DNA of 64,000 nt from Trichosphaerium sp. ATCC 40318. Its lineage: Eukaryota; Protista; Tubulinea. This document shows, piece after piece, positions 28,196 through 42,000 of the stretch (within the stretch, counting starts at the first letter, position 1; the number at the start of each line of letters is the position of its first letter). Position numbers and translations under genes: made by a program. The notes beneath the pieces were generated by a model that was not told the DNA's origin, ran no database searches, and saw only the letters and a program-made list of their open reading frames with translations. The stretch is taken from assembly GCA_038496445.1 (NCBI GenBank), contig JALMLS010000440.1, positions 248,001 to 312,000 on the forward strand, written 5' to 3'.

Positions 28196-28814
28196 TGTTT
28201 TAGCAGTCCACTATTGTTTTAGTTAAAATACATTACTGCGTTTTACCGTTTATCCTAGACGTTTGTGAAGTCAGGCTCTATGTCCATGGCTGTGGGAGGC
28301 TTATATCCAAAGAGTACGGAAGAGTGGTTATCGTATTTATTCCCGTGAGATAGTGATCTCCGGGCGGTGTACAAGTGAATCACACTCCTTGAACTCAGCG
28401 GTGTTACATTTTTCACTCTTACAGCTGCGCTTTCCGACAAAAGGAACGGCGAAGACCGTTAATAGCTTGACTGCTACTGAAACGTTCATGTGGACTCTTT
28501 TATAAATTCTAGCCCTTCAAACTTGACAATTCTGCTACAGGTTCTGTCACGTGACATAAGCAAAGTGAGTCTTAAATTCGCTAAAAAGCGTCAATAAATT
28601 AATTACACCACGAACAACAGCTTTGGTATGATCTTAACATGACAATTATCAATTATGCAACTATGTGGTTTTTATTACAATGCAGTTTCCACTTTGTAAA
28701 GCATTGATACGGTCATGTTACTTGTCTTGTAGGCTGTTAACAACATTTATTTGAGCACTCTGAATAAGAATAAAAATGTGTCGTGTACAACATAAGTCAC
28801 GTGACTAAATTGTT

Positions 28815-29738
28815 TTAATTCCAGACTCTGATAAACTTGATACCAGCTGCTTCAACATGCTCTTGTATAATATTTGAATTAAAAGTGGCTTCAATGACTT
28901 TAAGAGATTGCATGTGTTTAAAAAAGTCAGTGTTAATACCAGTACAATGAACCAGCTTAAGGCGTTTAAGGTTACCCAAATTCTTAAACCCTGATCCTGT
29001 TACATTGTAACATTCATACAAGACAAGCCATGTTACATTAGTAAATGCCTTAATTCCTTCATCACTGACTAAGTGAGATCCATGTGAGTTTGGTTCTTTC
29101 AATACAATTGTAGAAGCATTACTAAGGTGGTGAAGATATTCATCTTTTGGGTTTCTTACAATGATGTTATGTACATCTTTAAGTGCTTTAACTCCCTCTG
29201 CAGTTATCCCGAACTTATCACCATTAAAGCTAATATAACGAACACCTGTAAGTGCTTTTAATGAGACATCTGTTAATGATGTATATTCCAAGCTGATTGT
29301 GTGAATATCATTTTTTTGAACTAATGCAAGAATGCCTTTATCTGTAATCTTCGTGTCATCAAGTAGTATTGTATGTACTCCTGATAACTCTTTAAGGCAT
29401 TCATCTGTTACTTTGGTATAAGAAAGCTTTATATTGTGAACACCATCAAGACAAGCCATATCATCAGGTGACACCTGCAAACCCCACACACTTCGAATTT
29501 TTGTGTTTTTAAGCAATGGGCTGCCCTTTAAAACTTGACAATCTGCTGAGGACTGTAATTCGATGCTTACAAAGCCGAGATTATGTCGAATGATGTTGTT
29601 AAAGAGATGGGAGGTTGTGGTGGCGCTAATACGTTGCTTTTTGGGTAAATACCGTAAGATACAAGTTAACGTCTCTGCTGGTAGCGTGGTAATGCTAGCG
29701 ACGCGCTGTGATGACGATTGTTGCTGTTTGTTTTCCAT
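28815..29738 (-). CDS. F-box / LRR protein (intronless)
   Basis: ITTLPAETLTCILRYL F-box, followed by GVHxIxLxxTxxTD LRRs; uninterrupted 307-aa ORF. Confidence 0.9.
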   Translation of the reverse strand: MENKQQQSSSQRVASITTLPAETLTCILRYLPKKQRISATTTSHLFNNIIRHNLGFVSIELQSSADCQVLKGSPLLKNTKIRSVWGLQVSPDDMACLDGVHNIKLSYTKVTDECLKELSGVHTILLDDTKITDKGILALVQKNDIHTISLEYTSLTDVSLKALTGVRYISFNGDKFGITAEGVKALKDVHNIIVRNPKDEYLHHLSNASTIVLKEPNSHGSHLVSDEGIKAFTNVTWLVLYECYNVTGSGFKNLGNLKRLKLVHCTGINTDFFKHMQSLKVIEATFNSNIIQEHVEAAGIKFIRVWN

Positions 29739-30049
29739 AACGTTGTTTGCGATGCCTATCGTGCTTGTAGCTGTTGATCACTAACGACACAAGTGGTTCA
29801 ACCGTGCTGTAGCAAAAACAGACTTTGAGAATTTGGAAGGAACTTGACCGAGTAGAGAACTTCTCTATGAAATTACACTACTTTTTGTTTTTTTTCGAAT
29901 TTTCCATGTTGTATTAACACCTACCATTTCCATACCTCTTATTTTGTATGCCATGATCTAGAAGGGTAAGCATAATATTTTTTGCTGGTTAAAACGAACT
30001 ACATCCTGACAGTGACTTAACAAATTCTAAAAATTGTTTGTTTATTACT

Positions 30050-33000
30050 TTACAAAATAAACGATTGAACTTCTGTTTCAGGTGTCGTTATCAATACATC
30101 ATCAGTGTTAAGTACTGTACGAAGCTGGTCTTGTTCGTATCTATTCTTTTTCTTACGCTGAGCATACCATATTGGTATAGGCATCAGAATGAGAAGAAGA
30201 CCAAGAACACAATATGCAATGATCAAGTAAACTAAAGTGAAAATAAAGTAAGCTGGTAATGTTCGCTTTGTGTTTGAGTTTCAGCGAACCTTTTGTTGTC
30301 AGGAATGTGGTATTCGCACAAGCGGGTTGCCTGTCGTGTCTCCAGAACCATATACTACCAAGCATCTGCAAGGTAATTCGTTAGAGGCAAAAGAGAACGA
30401 AGGTAACATAAACAGAAAAAAAGAGGAATAGTGATTCCGAAACTCGTTTCACGTTCTTTTCTCCACGGTTTGTGAGTGGCTTATTTACGTACCAACCAAA
30501 CAAGAGCAGATGCAAAGCTCAGCGCAAAAGTGATGACTGATATCCTAATTAAAATAAGACTTTGTACGAGTTACAAAACAAATAAAGTTGCCGATTTGAT
30601 TCAAGTCATACCAGCCTTTGTGCATTCTTCCATCTTCTGATTTTTTGCGCCATAGCCGTGGATAATACACGCATCCAAGAGATAATCCCATGAGTAATCC
30701 CATAACAACTTGTATGATACCAGTCACGAGCTGTTAAAGAAAAGGTGTAAGTTCAAAGCACTAAAAAGCATTTTTTTGTGTTTGTACCAGAAATAGTTCT
30801 AATGGTGAACAGCTTGGTTGATATTCTGCAAATACATAGAAAAACCATGCGGCTGATCCAAGTAGTATAGCAAGTATTATCAAATAAGTTATCAACACAC
30901 AACATGTTTGTGCTTTCGAATCTTCAAAAAAACTGTTAGTGGTTTTTTTTGGTTACACTTTGGGTTCTTTTGACGTACTCTTGTCATCTTGTAGTTCTAT
31001 AGAATCCATATCTTTAAATGGTTTAACATCATAAATAGCCAAATCAGCAGTATCAAGCTCTATAGGTAGCTTTGGGTACTTGACACGACCTTTTTTGTCT
31101 AATTTGCTGTCTATAAACAAACATGTCAGAAAAAGCACATAAAAAACACGTGGAAACAACTTGAGGTTTCAAAGTAGTTAAGTAGAAACTAATAAATATC
31201 CGAGTGATGTTGTTTAAAGATTTACAGGAAGATAAAATGTTTTGAGGAGATGATAGAAGAATAGTTTTTTTTTTCATTGTACCTTTTGATACAAGAACAC
31301 TTATTGGCTCTAGTGTGTTATCACCATGTTTGATTACAATCTCATGATCTCCAAATACCTTAGGCTTAAATGTACAACGCATTGTACGATCTTCGCCTTT
31401 AAGAGAGTATTTATCGCTATGCTCTATTTCGTTCTTTGAAGGATCCAAAACTGTGACCTAAAACTTCATCAACAAAAGAGTCTCGTTGACGTAATTCAGG
31501 TTCTAGAAATCTTAACAAGTTTCGTACATGTACATCTCTTGAACTTGATTCTCCTAGTTCAATAACGAAGTAATGAGGTGCTGGCTTCGTTTTTGGTTTC
31601 TCTTCTTGAACAATTGTTAAAAAGAACGAACTAAATACTAGTGTAGCATCACATACCTTCACGATCGAATACAGAGAGTTCCTTTTCTATTGTTTCTCCT
31701 TCATATTCTAAGCTTAAAATATATTTTCCTTGGCTATCTGGAGTGAAAGATAATACAACATCATCACCACTCTTAGAGACCTTAAACAAGTTATTCTCAA
31801 ATTATTCTCGCATCTTGCTACAATTTTTTGGGACCTACCTTAGCTGGGTGGACTTGACCATCTTCGGTCTTTACTAAAGCGGTGACTTCTGATGCGTCAA
31901 TATCGTCTAAAGGTACAATGTCGCCAAAATCGACCGTTTGGCTGACTTCTTGCTCAGCGACCCAAATCTTACTCCCAACCAGTTTAATAGACGGTTCTAG
32001 CTCCTGCTCTGTTTCCGATGGTTCTAAACAAACTATGAGTAAGAGCAAGAGATTTTTTCTTGGTACCTGGCATAGGATGTACTGTAACATCTTCCTTAAG
32101 TAATAGTTCTCCTTTGTAAGAAACAGTAAGTGGTAAAACACCAACAGATTTTGGATGGAACGTCAATCCAACTTGTCCAACTCTATCACTAAAGAGAAGC
32201 ATTAGGATTGAACCACGAGCACAAGGAATACATATCAAGAAGTCGGTTCAAACAAAAGAGTAGCATACGTAGGAGATATAGAAGGATTTGTGATGAGAGG
32301 AATTTCAATGTTGACATTTTCTATTTCAACTGGAAGCACTTCTCCTGTTTTTCTGTTTGTAAATGATATTATTCCATTAACAACAGATCCAGCTACTACA
32401 TCTTCAGGTATACTAGAAGACGCTGTTGCGACTATAAAAAGTAGGTGAGTTTGTGAGCAAAAGCAAAGAGTAAAAGACAGTATGAGAAGAATACAAGAAA
32501 AGTTTTTGCGCGTGGCCTTGGTGGTTAAAAACATTGCTTGAGTCGTACCTATTGTTGGCTTCTTAACTTGAACTTCTGCTGTAACAAGTGGTACACCTTT
32601 TAGAGTTACTGCTAGCTTCCCTTGGCCAGGATTATTCGGAGTTACTTCGAAAGGCACTTTTCCAGTGATGATAGATTCTTCGACTTTACACTCTTGGTCA
32701 TTAAGGAATACTTTAATATCAGCTGCGCTGACATCCATAGCTAATCCAGTCTCACCATCGTTGATAGTAAGAAGACCCTTTTCATCATCTTTGGCTGTAA
32801 GAATTGGAAAACCTGTTGATGGATTTGTTCGATCTGAAGCGAAAGATATCGATGCTTGAGGCATAGGTGGTATTGTTACTTTTGATGTATCAGTCTTTAC
32901 GATATCTCCATCATACTCAAAAGTTACTATCATATCACCTTGTTTCTCTGGTGTTATTGAAACGCTTATTTTGTTATCGGTTGGGACATCAATAAGAATC

Positions 33001-36000
33001 TTTGATTGAGGTTCTGTTGTCACATTTAATTTCTCTGCATCTATTTCGTGAGGTGATTTGTTGATTTCTCTGTGAATACAAGATCTGCAACGTATGTTTT
33101 ACCAACAGTCATCTTATCAGGCAGCGTCGAAGTGACAGAGAGCTCTAAACGCAAAAGTTAAAAATCAAACAAAACAATTTTTGTTTCTTCAGCACCTGTT
33201 TTTGCGTCAACTGCGAATGCTTGAGGCTCAACTTTAGCACCATCATATGTAATGGATACATGGTGAGTTCCTGGGTTAGGAGCTACGAAATCTACTGTAT
33301 CGTTTGTCAGAGTTGTTGGTGTTTCTGGAATGGATATAGCCAGTTTTGATAAATCTATTTTACAAGGTTTTCCGTTCTCTGAGTTTGTTGCTGAAACCTT
33401 TGCAGAAACTTTAGAACCTGTAATAACATCCTCTGGAATATCTAGGGTTATATTTGGTACTAAACAATTGCGTTAGATAAGCTGTACTTCAAAGAAAAGG
33501 TAACCATAATTCGTACATTGAAGCACATCGACATCTTGTTCGAGGATGTTATTCCCTCCGCTTTCTACGATCATCTTCTGTTTACCAGGATTTGTAGGTT
33601 CAAGATCAATAGTGAATGTACCAGGTACATCACCAACAGATAGTTGTACATCATTACCAGAAAGCGAACAAGAAATATCATCCAAGTCTAAAGGTATTGG
33701 TTCTTTTGTCTCTTCATCACTTATTGCAAGTTTTGCATTATACTTATTCTTGGCATACAACCGCTCTGGTAGCTCTACAGAAGCAACAATGACTACATAC
33801 GAATAAGTTAAATATGTCATAATAAATCACGTGATAATTTTTTTAGTTCGTACCTTGTGGTGATTTTGATTCAAAATCCTTTGAAAGAACTTCATCTCCA
33901 TCATAAGAAATGACAAGTTTGTTTGGACCAACTTTTTCTGTAAAAATTTTCAAAGGTACTTCATGAGGAACATCAGAAGATCCAATATCTACATCACCAT
34001 CTTCAAGTGTTGCTTTAACTTTCTCTTTATCAATAGGATATCCTTCATCTGATACTGAGTCCTTCGCCTTTAATACAACCTCAAGAGGAGTACCAGCTAG
34101 ATTATCTGGTACTTCGCACGTGAAAGTTGGTTTTGATTTAGGCGACACGTCTAGTTTGCATGACGCCATTTCTTTATCTTCGTAGTTTACAACAATATCC
34201 ACAGGACCTTCGTCACTTGGCGTTAATGAGACGGAAACCATACCAGGCTTGTCTGGGATTGGTTCTACTTTGACAGGAGTGCCGTTTGAAGTTGTAACTG
34301 ATAGTTTGGACATGTCAATTGGCATTGGATCTCCAGATGCGTTATCTGTTAAAGAAAAGTTTGTAGAGAGTTCTGAACCTGCTTTTGGCTCTTCTGGGAT
34401 ATCTTGGAATGCACCCAAAGGCTCTAAAGGAGAATTAAGTCAGAAAAGTGTTTTTGAGTTCAACGAAAACAAGCTTTCATCGTGTTGGCACTTGCCTTGT
34501 TTGTTGTTTATCTGAATCTCCTTTGACAGTATTTCTTCATTGTCTAGAGTTACCTTTATCGTTGATTTACCAGGTTCGTCAACAGAGAAAGAAACTGGGA
34601 AAGTTCCAAGAGCATCAGAGTCACTAACGTCTATTGTACCATTCTCGATTGTGACATTAATCTTATCTTTTGCAACATCCATAGGTTCCGACTTTATGGC
34701 GTCTACTACGAATAAAGTAGCATTAACAGTATCACCAACTATCAAGTCTTCAGGTATGTCTTCGATTTTAGCGACTGGTTCTTAGTGAGAAAGAATTAAG
34801 TTAACAATAAAGATCTAGTTAAGAAAAGTTTTTCTTGATGGCGTTATCTTTACCTTTTTTGGCTTCGAACGTTATATCCTTGGTACCAATAACAGTTGCT
34901 TCATAGAATACTTCAAGCTTTTTGGTACCATCATTAGTGAATGGCAAAGGTATTTTGAATTCTGAAGGGTTATCGGTTGGAGTACATTCGACATCTTCAT
35001 CGCCAAGTGTGGCTTTGATGTCATCTGATTCCAATCCTGGGAACGGTTCTGTTGATTCTTCATCAACAACTTTGACGATAGCTTCAGCATCTGTGCCTTC
35101 AGCAACTGTATCTGGTGCTGTAAACTCGGCAACAGGAACTACAAATGAGTTAGTACAAATAAAGTTCGAATTGTACCCTTACCTTTCTTTGATACAACAG
35201 GGATTTCTTGAGATAGCACATCAGCATCGTTGTATTTTGCAGAGATTGTGAGAGGTCCAACAGATTCAGGAGTGAACGAGATTGATACTTCATTTGGATG
35301 ATCATCAACAGACTCAACTGTGACTGGAACATCACCAGAAAGAGTGACATTCAAACTATCTTTATCAATGTCCATTGGATCGCCTGATTCTTTGTCTGTC
35401 ATTTGGAGTGTCAGTTGAGATTCGGAACCAGCAATGATCTCATCAGGAGCATCATCAATTGTCATGATTGGTACTAAAATTAACATTAACAAAGTTTGCG
35501 GAAAACAAATGAGATGGTTGTACCTTGTTTCTTTTTAGCATCGAGCTCCTTTGACAATATTTCTTCACCATCATAAGTCACTACTAGTTTGTTGCTGTCT
35601 TCATCAGGGGTGAATGTGAAAGGAACTTGTCCAAGTGTATCAGAATCACCAACTTCAACAGGTTTGTCACCAACAGTGACAGCGAGTTTGTCTTTCTCGA
35701 CTTCCATTGGCGATTCTGTGACTGAATCTACAACCTTCAATGTTGCTTCAACAGGTTCACCAATAGTAAGGGTTTCAGGTAAGCCTTCACAAGTTGCAGA
35801 TGGAGCTTGAGTGATTGATTAGTAAAATAAGAATAAGTACAGTCCTAGGTTACCTTTCTTGTGTTCAAAGTTGATATCTTTTTTACCGATGATGGTTGCT
35901 TCATAGAGAACTGATAGCGTCTTTTTACCTTCTTCAGTGTACTTTAAAGGTATTTTGAATTCTGAAGGATTATCTGTTGGGGTGCAATCGACATCTTCAT

Positions 36001-39000
36001 CACCAAGAGTGGCTTTAATGTCATCTGACGCCAAACCTTCAAATGGTTCTTTGGATTCTTCATCAAGCACTTTGACGATCGCTTCAGACTCTATGCCTTC
36101 AACAACTGTATCTGGTGCTGCAAACTCGGCAACAGGAACTACAAACAGGGTTATTGAAAATTATGGGTTGATGGGAGCTGTAGATGATACCTTTCTTTGA
36201 TACAACAGGTATTTCTTGAGATAACACATCAACGTCGTTGTATTTAGCGGATATGGTGAGAGGCCCAACAGATTCAGGAGTGAACGAGATTGATACTTGA
36301 TTTGGATGATCATCAACAGACTCGACTGTGACTGGTGTATCATCAGAAAGAGATACACTCAAACTATCCTTATCGATGTCTATTGGATCACCTGACTCTT
36401 TGTCTGTCATTTGAAGTGTCAGTTGAGACTCGGAGCCAGCAATGATCTCATCAGGAGCATCATCAATTGTAACGGTTGGCACTAAAATCACGTAAGGGCT
36501 AGAAATCCCCACAGTTCTATGTACCTTGTTTTGGCTTCACTTCAAAGTCTTTTGACAATACCTCTTCACCATCATACGTAACTGTGAGCTTGTTATCTCC
36601 TGCTTCTTCGACAGTGAAAGTGACAGGTGCTTGTCCGAGAGTTTCAGAATCGCCAACTTCAACTGTTCCTTTGTCAACACTAACATCAAGTTTGTAGTTC
36701 TCAATTGGCATTGGAGTATCTGTTACTGAGTCCTTTAGGCTAATTACGACTTTATTAGGCTCTGAGACTATAACATCTTCAGGTAAGTTGTCACAAGAAG
36801 CCACAGGTACTAGGTGTATGTTATGTTTGGTCGGTGTAATTTTTTAAGTACCTTTCTTGTGTTCGAAGTTTACATCTTTTGTTCCAATAACTGTAGCCTC
36901 GTAGAGCACTGATAGCGTTTGTTTGCCTTCTTCAGTGTACTTCAAAGGTATTTTGAACTCTGAGGGGTTATTGGTTGGAGTACATTCGACATCTTCATCA
37001 CCAAGTGTAGCCTTGATATCATCTGATTCCAATCCTGCAAATGGTTCTTTTGATTCTTCATCGAGAACTTTCACGATCGCTTCAGACTCTGTACCTTCAA
37101 CGACTGCGTCTGGTACTGTGAATTCGGTAACAGGAACTAAATAATATTAAACTACAGTATACGTTGTAAACGGTATTAGTGCACCTTTCTTTGATACAAC
37201 AGGAATCTCTTGAGATAGCACATCAGCATCATTGTATTTTGCGGATATTGTAAGAGGTCCAACAGATTCAGGAGTGAATGAGATTGAGACTTCATTTGGA
37301 TGATCATCAACAGACTCAACTGTGACTGGAACATCACCAGAAACAGTAACACTCAAACTATCGTTATCAATGTCCATTGGATCGCCTGATTCCTTGTCTG
37401 TCATTTGGAGTGTCAGTTGTGACTCGGAACCAGCGATGATCTCATCAGGAGCATCATCAATTGTCATGGTTGGTACTAAAATTAACATTAACAAAGTTTG
37501 CGGAAAACAAGTGAGATGCTTGTACCTTGTTTCTTTTTAGCTTCAATCTCCTTTGACAATATTTCTTCACCATCATAAGTTGCTGTTAACTTACTATTAC
37601 CTGGTTCATCAATCGTAACAGTGATAGGAAGTTGTCCAAGTGTATCAGAATCACCAACTTCAACAGGTTTGTCACCAACAGTGACAGCGAGTTTGTCTTT
37701 CTCGACTTCCATTGGCGATTCTGTGACTGAATCTACAACATTTAACGTTGCTTCAACAGGTTCACCGACTGTGAAGACTTCAGGCAATCCTTCGCATGTT
37801 GCAGAAGGTACTAAAGAAATACCATTAATTTTTTCTGCCGTTAACTATCGTATTGTACCTTTCTTGTGTTCAAAGTCTACATCTTTGGTGCCGATGACTG
37901 TAGCCTCATAAAACACTGATAGGGTCTGTTTACCTTCTTCAGTGTACTTTAAAGGTATTTTGAACTCTGAAGGGTTATCGGTTGGAGTACACTCGATGTC
38001 TTCATCACCAAGTGTGGCTTTGATATCATCTGGACCCAAACCTTCAAATGCTTCCTTTGATTCTTCATCAAGAACTTTCACGATGGCGTCAGCATCTGCG
38101 CCTTCAACAACTGTATCTGGTGCTGTAAACTCGGCGACAGGAACTAAAAGGGGTTATTGAAAATTATGGGTTGATAGGTGCTGTGGGTGATACCTTTCTT
38201 TGATACAACAGGTATTTCTTGAGATAACACATCAGCATCATTATATTTTGCGGATATGGTGAGAGGCCCAACAGACTCAGGAGTGAACGAGATTGATACT
38301 TCATTTGGATGATCATCAACAGACTCAACTGTGACTGGAACATCACCAGAAAGAGATACACTCAAACTATCTTTATCAATGTCCATTGGATCGCCTGATT
38401 CCTTATCTGTCATTTGGAGTGTAAGTTGAGACTCGGAACCAGCGATGATCTCATCAGGAGCATCATCAATTGTCATGGTTGGCACTAAAAATAAGTTACA
38501 ATGAAGTCATGTACAAATATGTTCTTACCTTGTTCTGGGTTTGCTTCAAAGGCTTTTGATAATATCTCCTCACCATCGTAAGTAACTGTTAGCTTGTTAT
38601 CGCCCGGTTCATCAATCGTAAAAGTGACAGGAACTTCTCCAAGCGTTTCAGAGTCACCAACTTCAACATTTCCAGAATCAACAGTCACAACAAGTTTATC
38701 TTTCTCGACTTCTAATGGTGACCCAGATACTGTGTCAATAACTTTAACAACAGATTCAATAGGTTGACCAACAATTATATCTTGAGGTAACTCGCATTCA
38801 GCACCAGGAACTAAGAGTGAAGAAAGTGAGTCGAGACGAGAAGTGAAAACCCAAAAAAAATCGAAAAAAAGTTTACCTTTCTTTGCTTCGACATGTATGT
38901 CCTTTGATCCAATTTCATTGTCTTGATAGCTTACAGAAAGCTTCTTATCGCCAGGTTCATTCAGTGGAATACTGACAGTAAACTCCCCAGGGTTATCTGA

Positions 39001-42000
39001 AGGCTCACAAGCTAGATTTTCAGCATCAAGTAGAACTTTGACTTCAGCGGCAGGAATATCCGAAAGTGGCTCATCTGTTGCTGCATCCTTGATAGCAATA
39101 GCTACAATAGCATCTGTTCCTTCTACTAGTTCATCTGGTAGTACAATACTAGCCGTAGGTACTAAAGAAAATGAATTAAAACTCAAACAAGAAGTCGTTC
39201 TTACCTTTCTTAGCAACAACTTTGAGTTCTTTGTTGATAATATCTTCACCGTTGTACTTCGCAGTAATAGTTGTATCACCAACTTTATCAGGCTTGAAAG
39301 ATATCTCTACTTTGCTTGGTTCGCCTTCAACAGGGTCAACAGTAACATCGCTACCATCAGATGTTTCAACGCTCAAGTTTTCTTTGTCAATCTCGATCGC
39401 ATCACCAGACTCCTTGTCTGTGACTTGCATCGTAATTTTAACATCTCCTCCTTCAGTCACTTCTTCAGGACAATCTTCAAAAGCTCCAACAGGGACTAAA
39501 GGAGAAACTTGTTAACAACGAAGACTTGATTTAAGTGAAACTTTTTGAGGTACCCTGTTTCTTCTTTGATGCGATGTCGGTTGATAGAATTTCTTCGCCA
39601 TCATAAGTAGCTTTGAGATTGTTGTCACCTGCTTCATCGATTGTTACAGTGATAGGTACTTCTCCAAGTGTGTCAGAGTCACCGACTTCGACATTTCCGT
39701 TATCAACAGTGACAGCGAGCTTGTCTTTGTCTACTTCCATTGGAGTGTTATCAACTGAATCTACAACCTTCAATGTCGCTTCAAAAGGTTCACCAGCAAG
39801 GATGTCTTCTGGTACGCCTTCACATGTTGCTGATGGAACTTTCTTATGCTTGAAGTCTATGTCTTTTGTACCGATGACGGTTGCCTCATAGAGCACTGAT
39901 AGTGTCTGGTTACCTTCTTCAGTGTATTTCAAAGGTATTTTGAACTCTGAAGGGTTATCGGTTGGAGTACATTCGACGTCTTCATCACCAAGAGTGGCTT
40001 TAATATCATCTGACTCTAATCCTGCAAATGGTTCTTTGGATTCTTCATCGAGCACTTTAACGACAGCTTCAGCATCAGTGCCTTCAACAACTGTATCTGG
40101 TACTGTGAACTCGGCAACAGGAACTACATAAAACTGTCAGTAGCTGTTTTAAAGAGTTAAGTAGTTCTTACCTTTCTTTGCGACAACAGGAATCTCTTGA
40201 GACAACACATCAGCATCATTGTATTTTGCAGATATTGTTAGAGGCCCAACAGAGTCAGGAGTGAACGAGATTGATACTTCATTTGGATGGTCATCAACAG
40301 ATTCGACTGTGACTGGAACATCACCAGAAACAGTGACACTCAAATTATCTTTATCAATGTCCATTGGATCGCCTGACTCTTTATCTGTCATTTGAAGTGT
40401 TAGTTGTGATTCTGAACCAGCGATGATCTCATCAGGTGGATCATCTATCGATAGTGTTGGTACTAAAACGAAGTTAGTGGATCAAAGTATTGTTTGTTTA
40501 TAGAATACCTTTCTTTACTTTAGCTTCGATATCATGAGAAAGTATATCTTCGCCATCATAAGTAGCTTTGAGACTATTATCACCTGCTTCATCGATTGTC
40601 ACTGTGATAGGTACTTCTCCAAGTGTGTCAGAGTCACCAACTTCAACATTTCCGTTATCAACAGTGACAGCAAGCTTGTCTTTGTCTACTTCCATTGGAG
40701 TGTTGTCAACTGAATCTACAACCTTCAATGTCGCTTCAAAAGGTTCACCAGCAAGAATGTCTTCAGGTACGCCTTCACATGTTGCAGAAGGAACTTTCTT
40801 GTGCTTGAAATCTACATCGTTTGTGCCGATGACGGTTGCTTCGTAGAGTACTGATAGTGTTTGGTTACCTTCTTCAGTGTATTTCAAAGGTATTTTGAAC
40901 TCTGAAGGGTTATCTGTTGGAGTACATTCGACATCTTCATCACCAAGTGTGGCTTTAATATCATCTGACTCTAATCCTGGGAACGGCTCTTTTGATTCTT
41001 CATCAAGCACTTTAACGATCGCTTCAGCATCTGCGCCTTCAACAACTGTATCAGGTACTGTAAACTCGGCGACAGGAACTACACAATAATATTAGTAAGG
41101 TTTCTCCAACTGTAGATGTTTACCTTTCTTTGCTACAACAGGTATGTCTTGAGATAGCACATCAGTATCGTTGTATTTTGCGGATATTGTGAGAGGTCCG
41201 ACAGATTCAGGAGTGAATGAGATTGAGACTTCATTTGGATGATCGTCAACAGACTCAACTGTGACTGGAACATCACCAGAAACAGTGACATTCAAACTGT
41301 CTTTATCAATATCCATTGGATCGCCTGACTCTTTATCTGTCATTTGCAAGGTTAACTGTGACTCAGAACCAGCGATGATCTCATCAGGTGGATCATCAAT
41401 CGATAGAGTAGGGACTGTGGTTTTAGTTAGTAAAGTTTTTTTTTTTAGGCTTTTACCTTTCTTTGCTTTTGCTTCTATATCATGGGACAGTATATCTTCG
41501 CCATCATAAGTAGCTTTGAGATTGTTATCACCTGCTTCATCGATTGTTACAGTGATAGGCACTTCTCCAAGTGTGTCAGAGTCACCAACTTCAACATTTC
41601 CGTTATCAACAGTGACAGCGAGCTTGTCTTTGTCTACTTCCATTGGAGTGTTGTCAACGGAATCTACAACCTTCAATGTCGCTTCAAAAGGTTCACCAGC
41701 AAGAATGTCTTCTGGTACGCCTTCACATGTTGCTGATGGAGCTTTCTTGTGTTTGAAGTCTACATCTTTGGTACCGATGACGGTTGCTTCGTAGAGTACT
41801 GATAGTGTTTGGTTACCTTCTTCAGTGTATTTCAAAGGTATTTTGAACTCTGAAGGGTTATCGGTTGGAGTACATTCGACATCTTCATCACCAAGTGTGG
41901 CTTTAATATCATCTGATTCCAATCCTTCAAATGGTTCTTTGGATTCTTCATCAAGTACTTTGACGATTGCTTCAGCATCAGTGCCTTCAACGACTGAATC

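Noticed and set aside
28255-28500. GC-richer stretch with short ORFs between F-box genes
   Set aside because: Stops interrupt the plausible frames, and no RNA structure or family was recognised.
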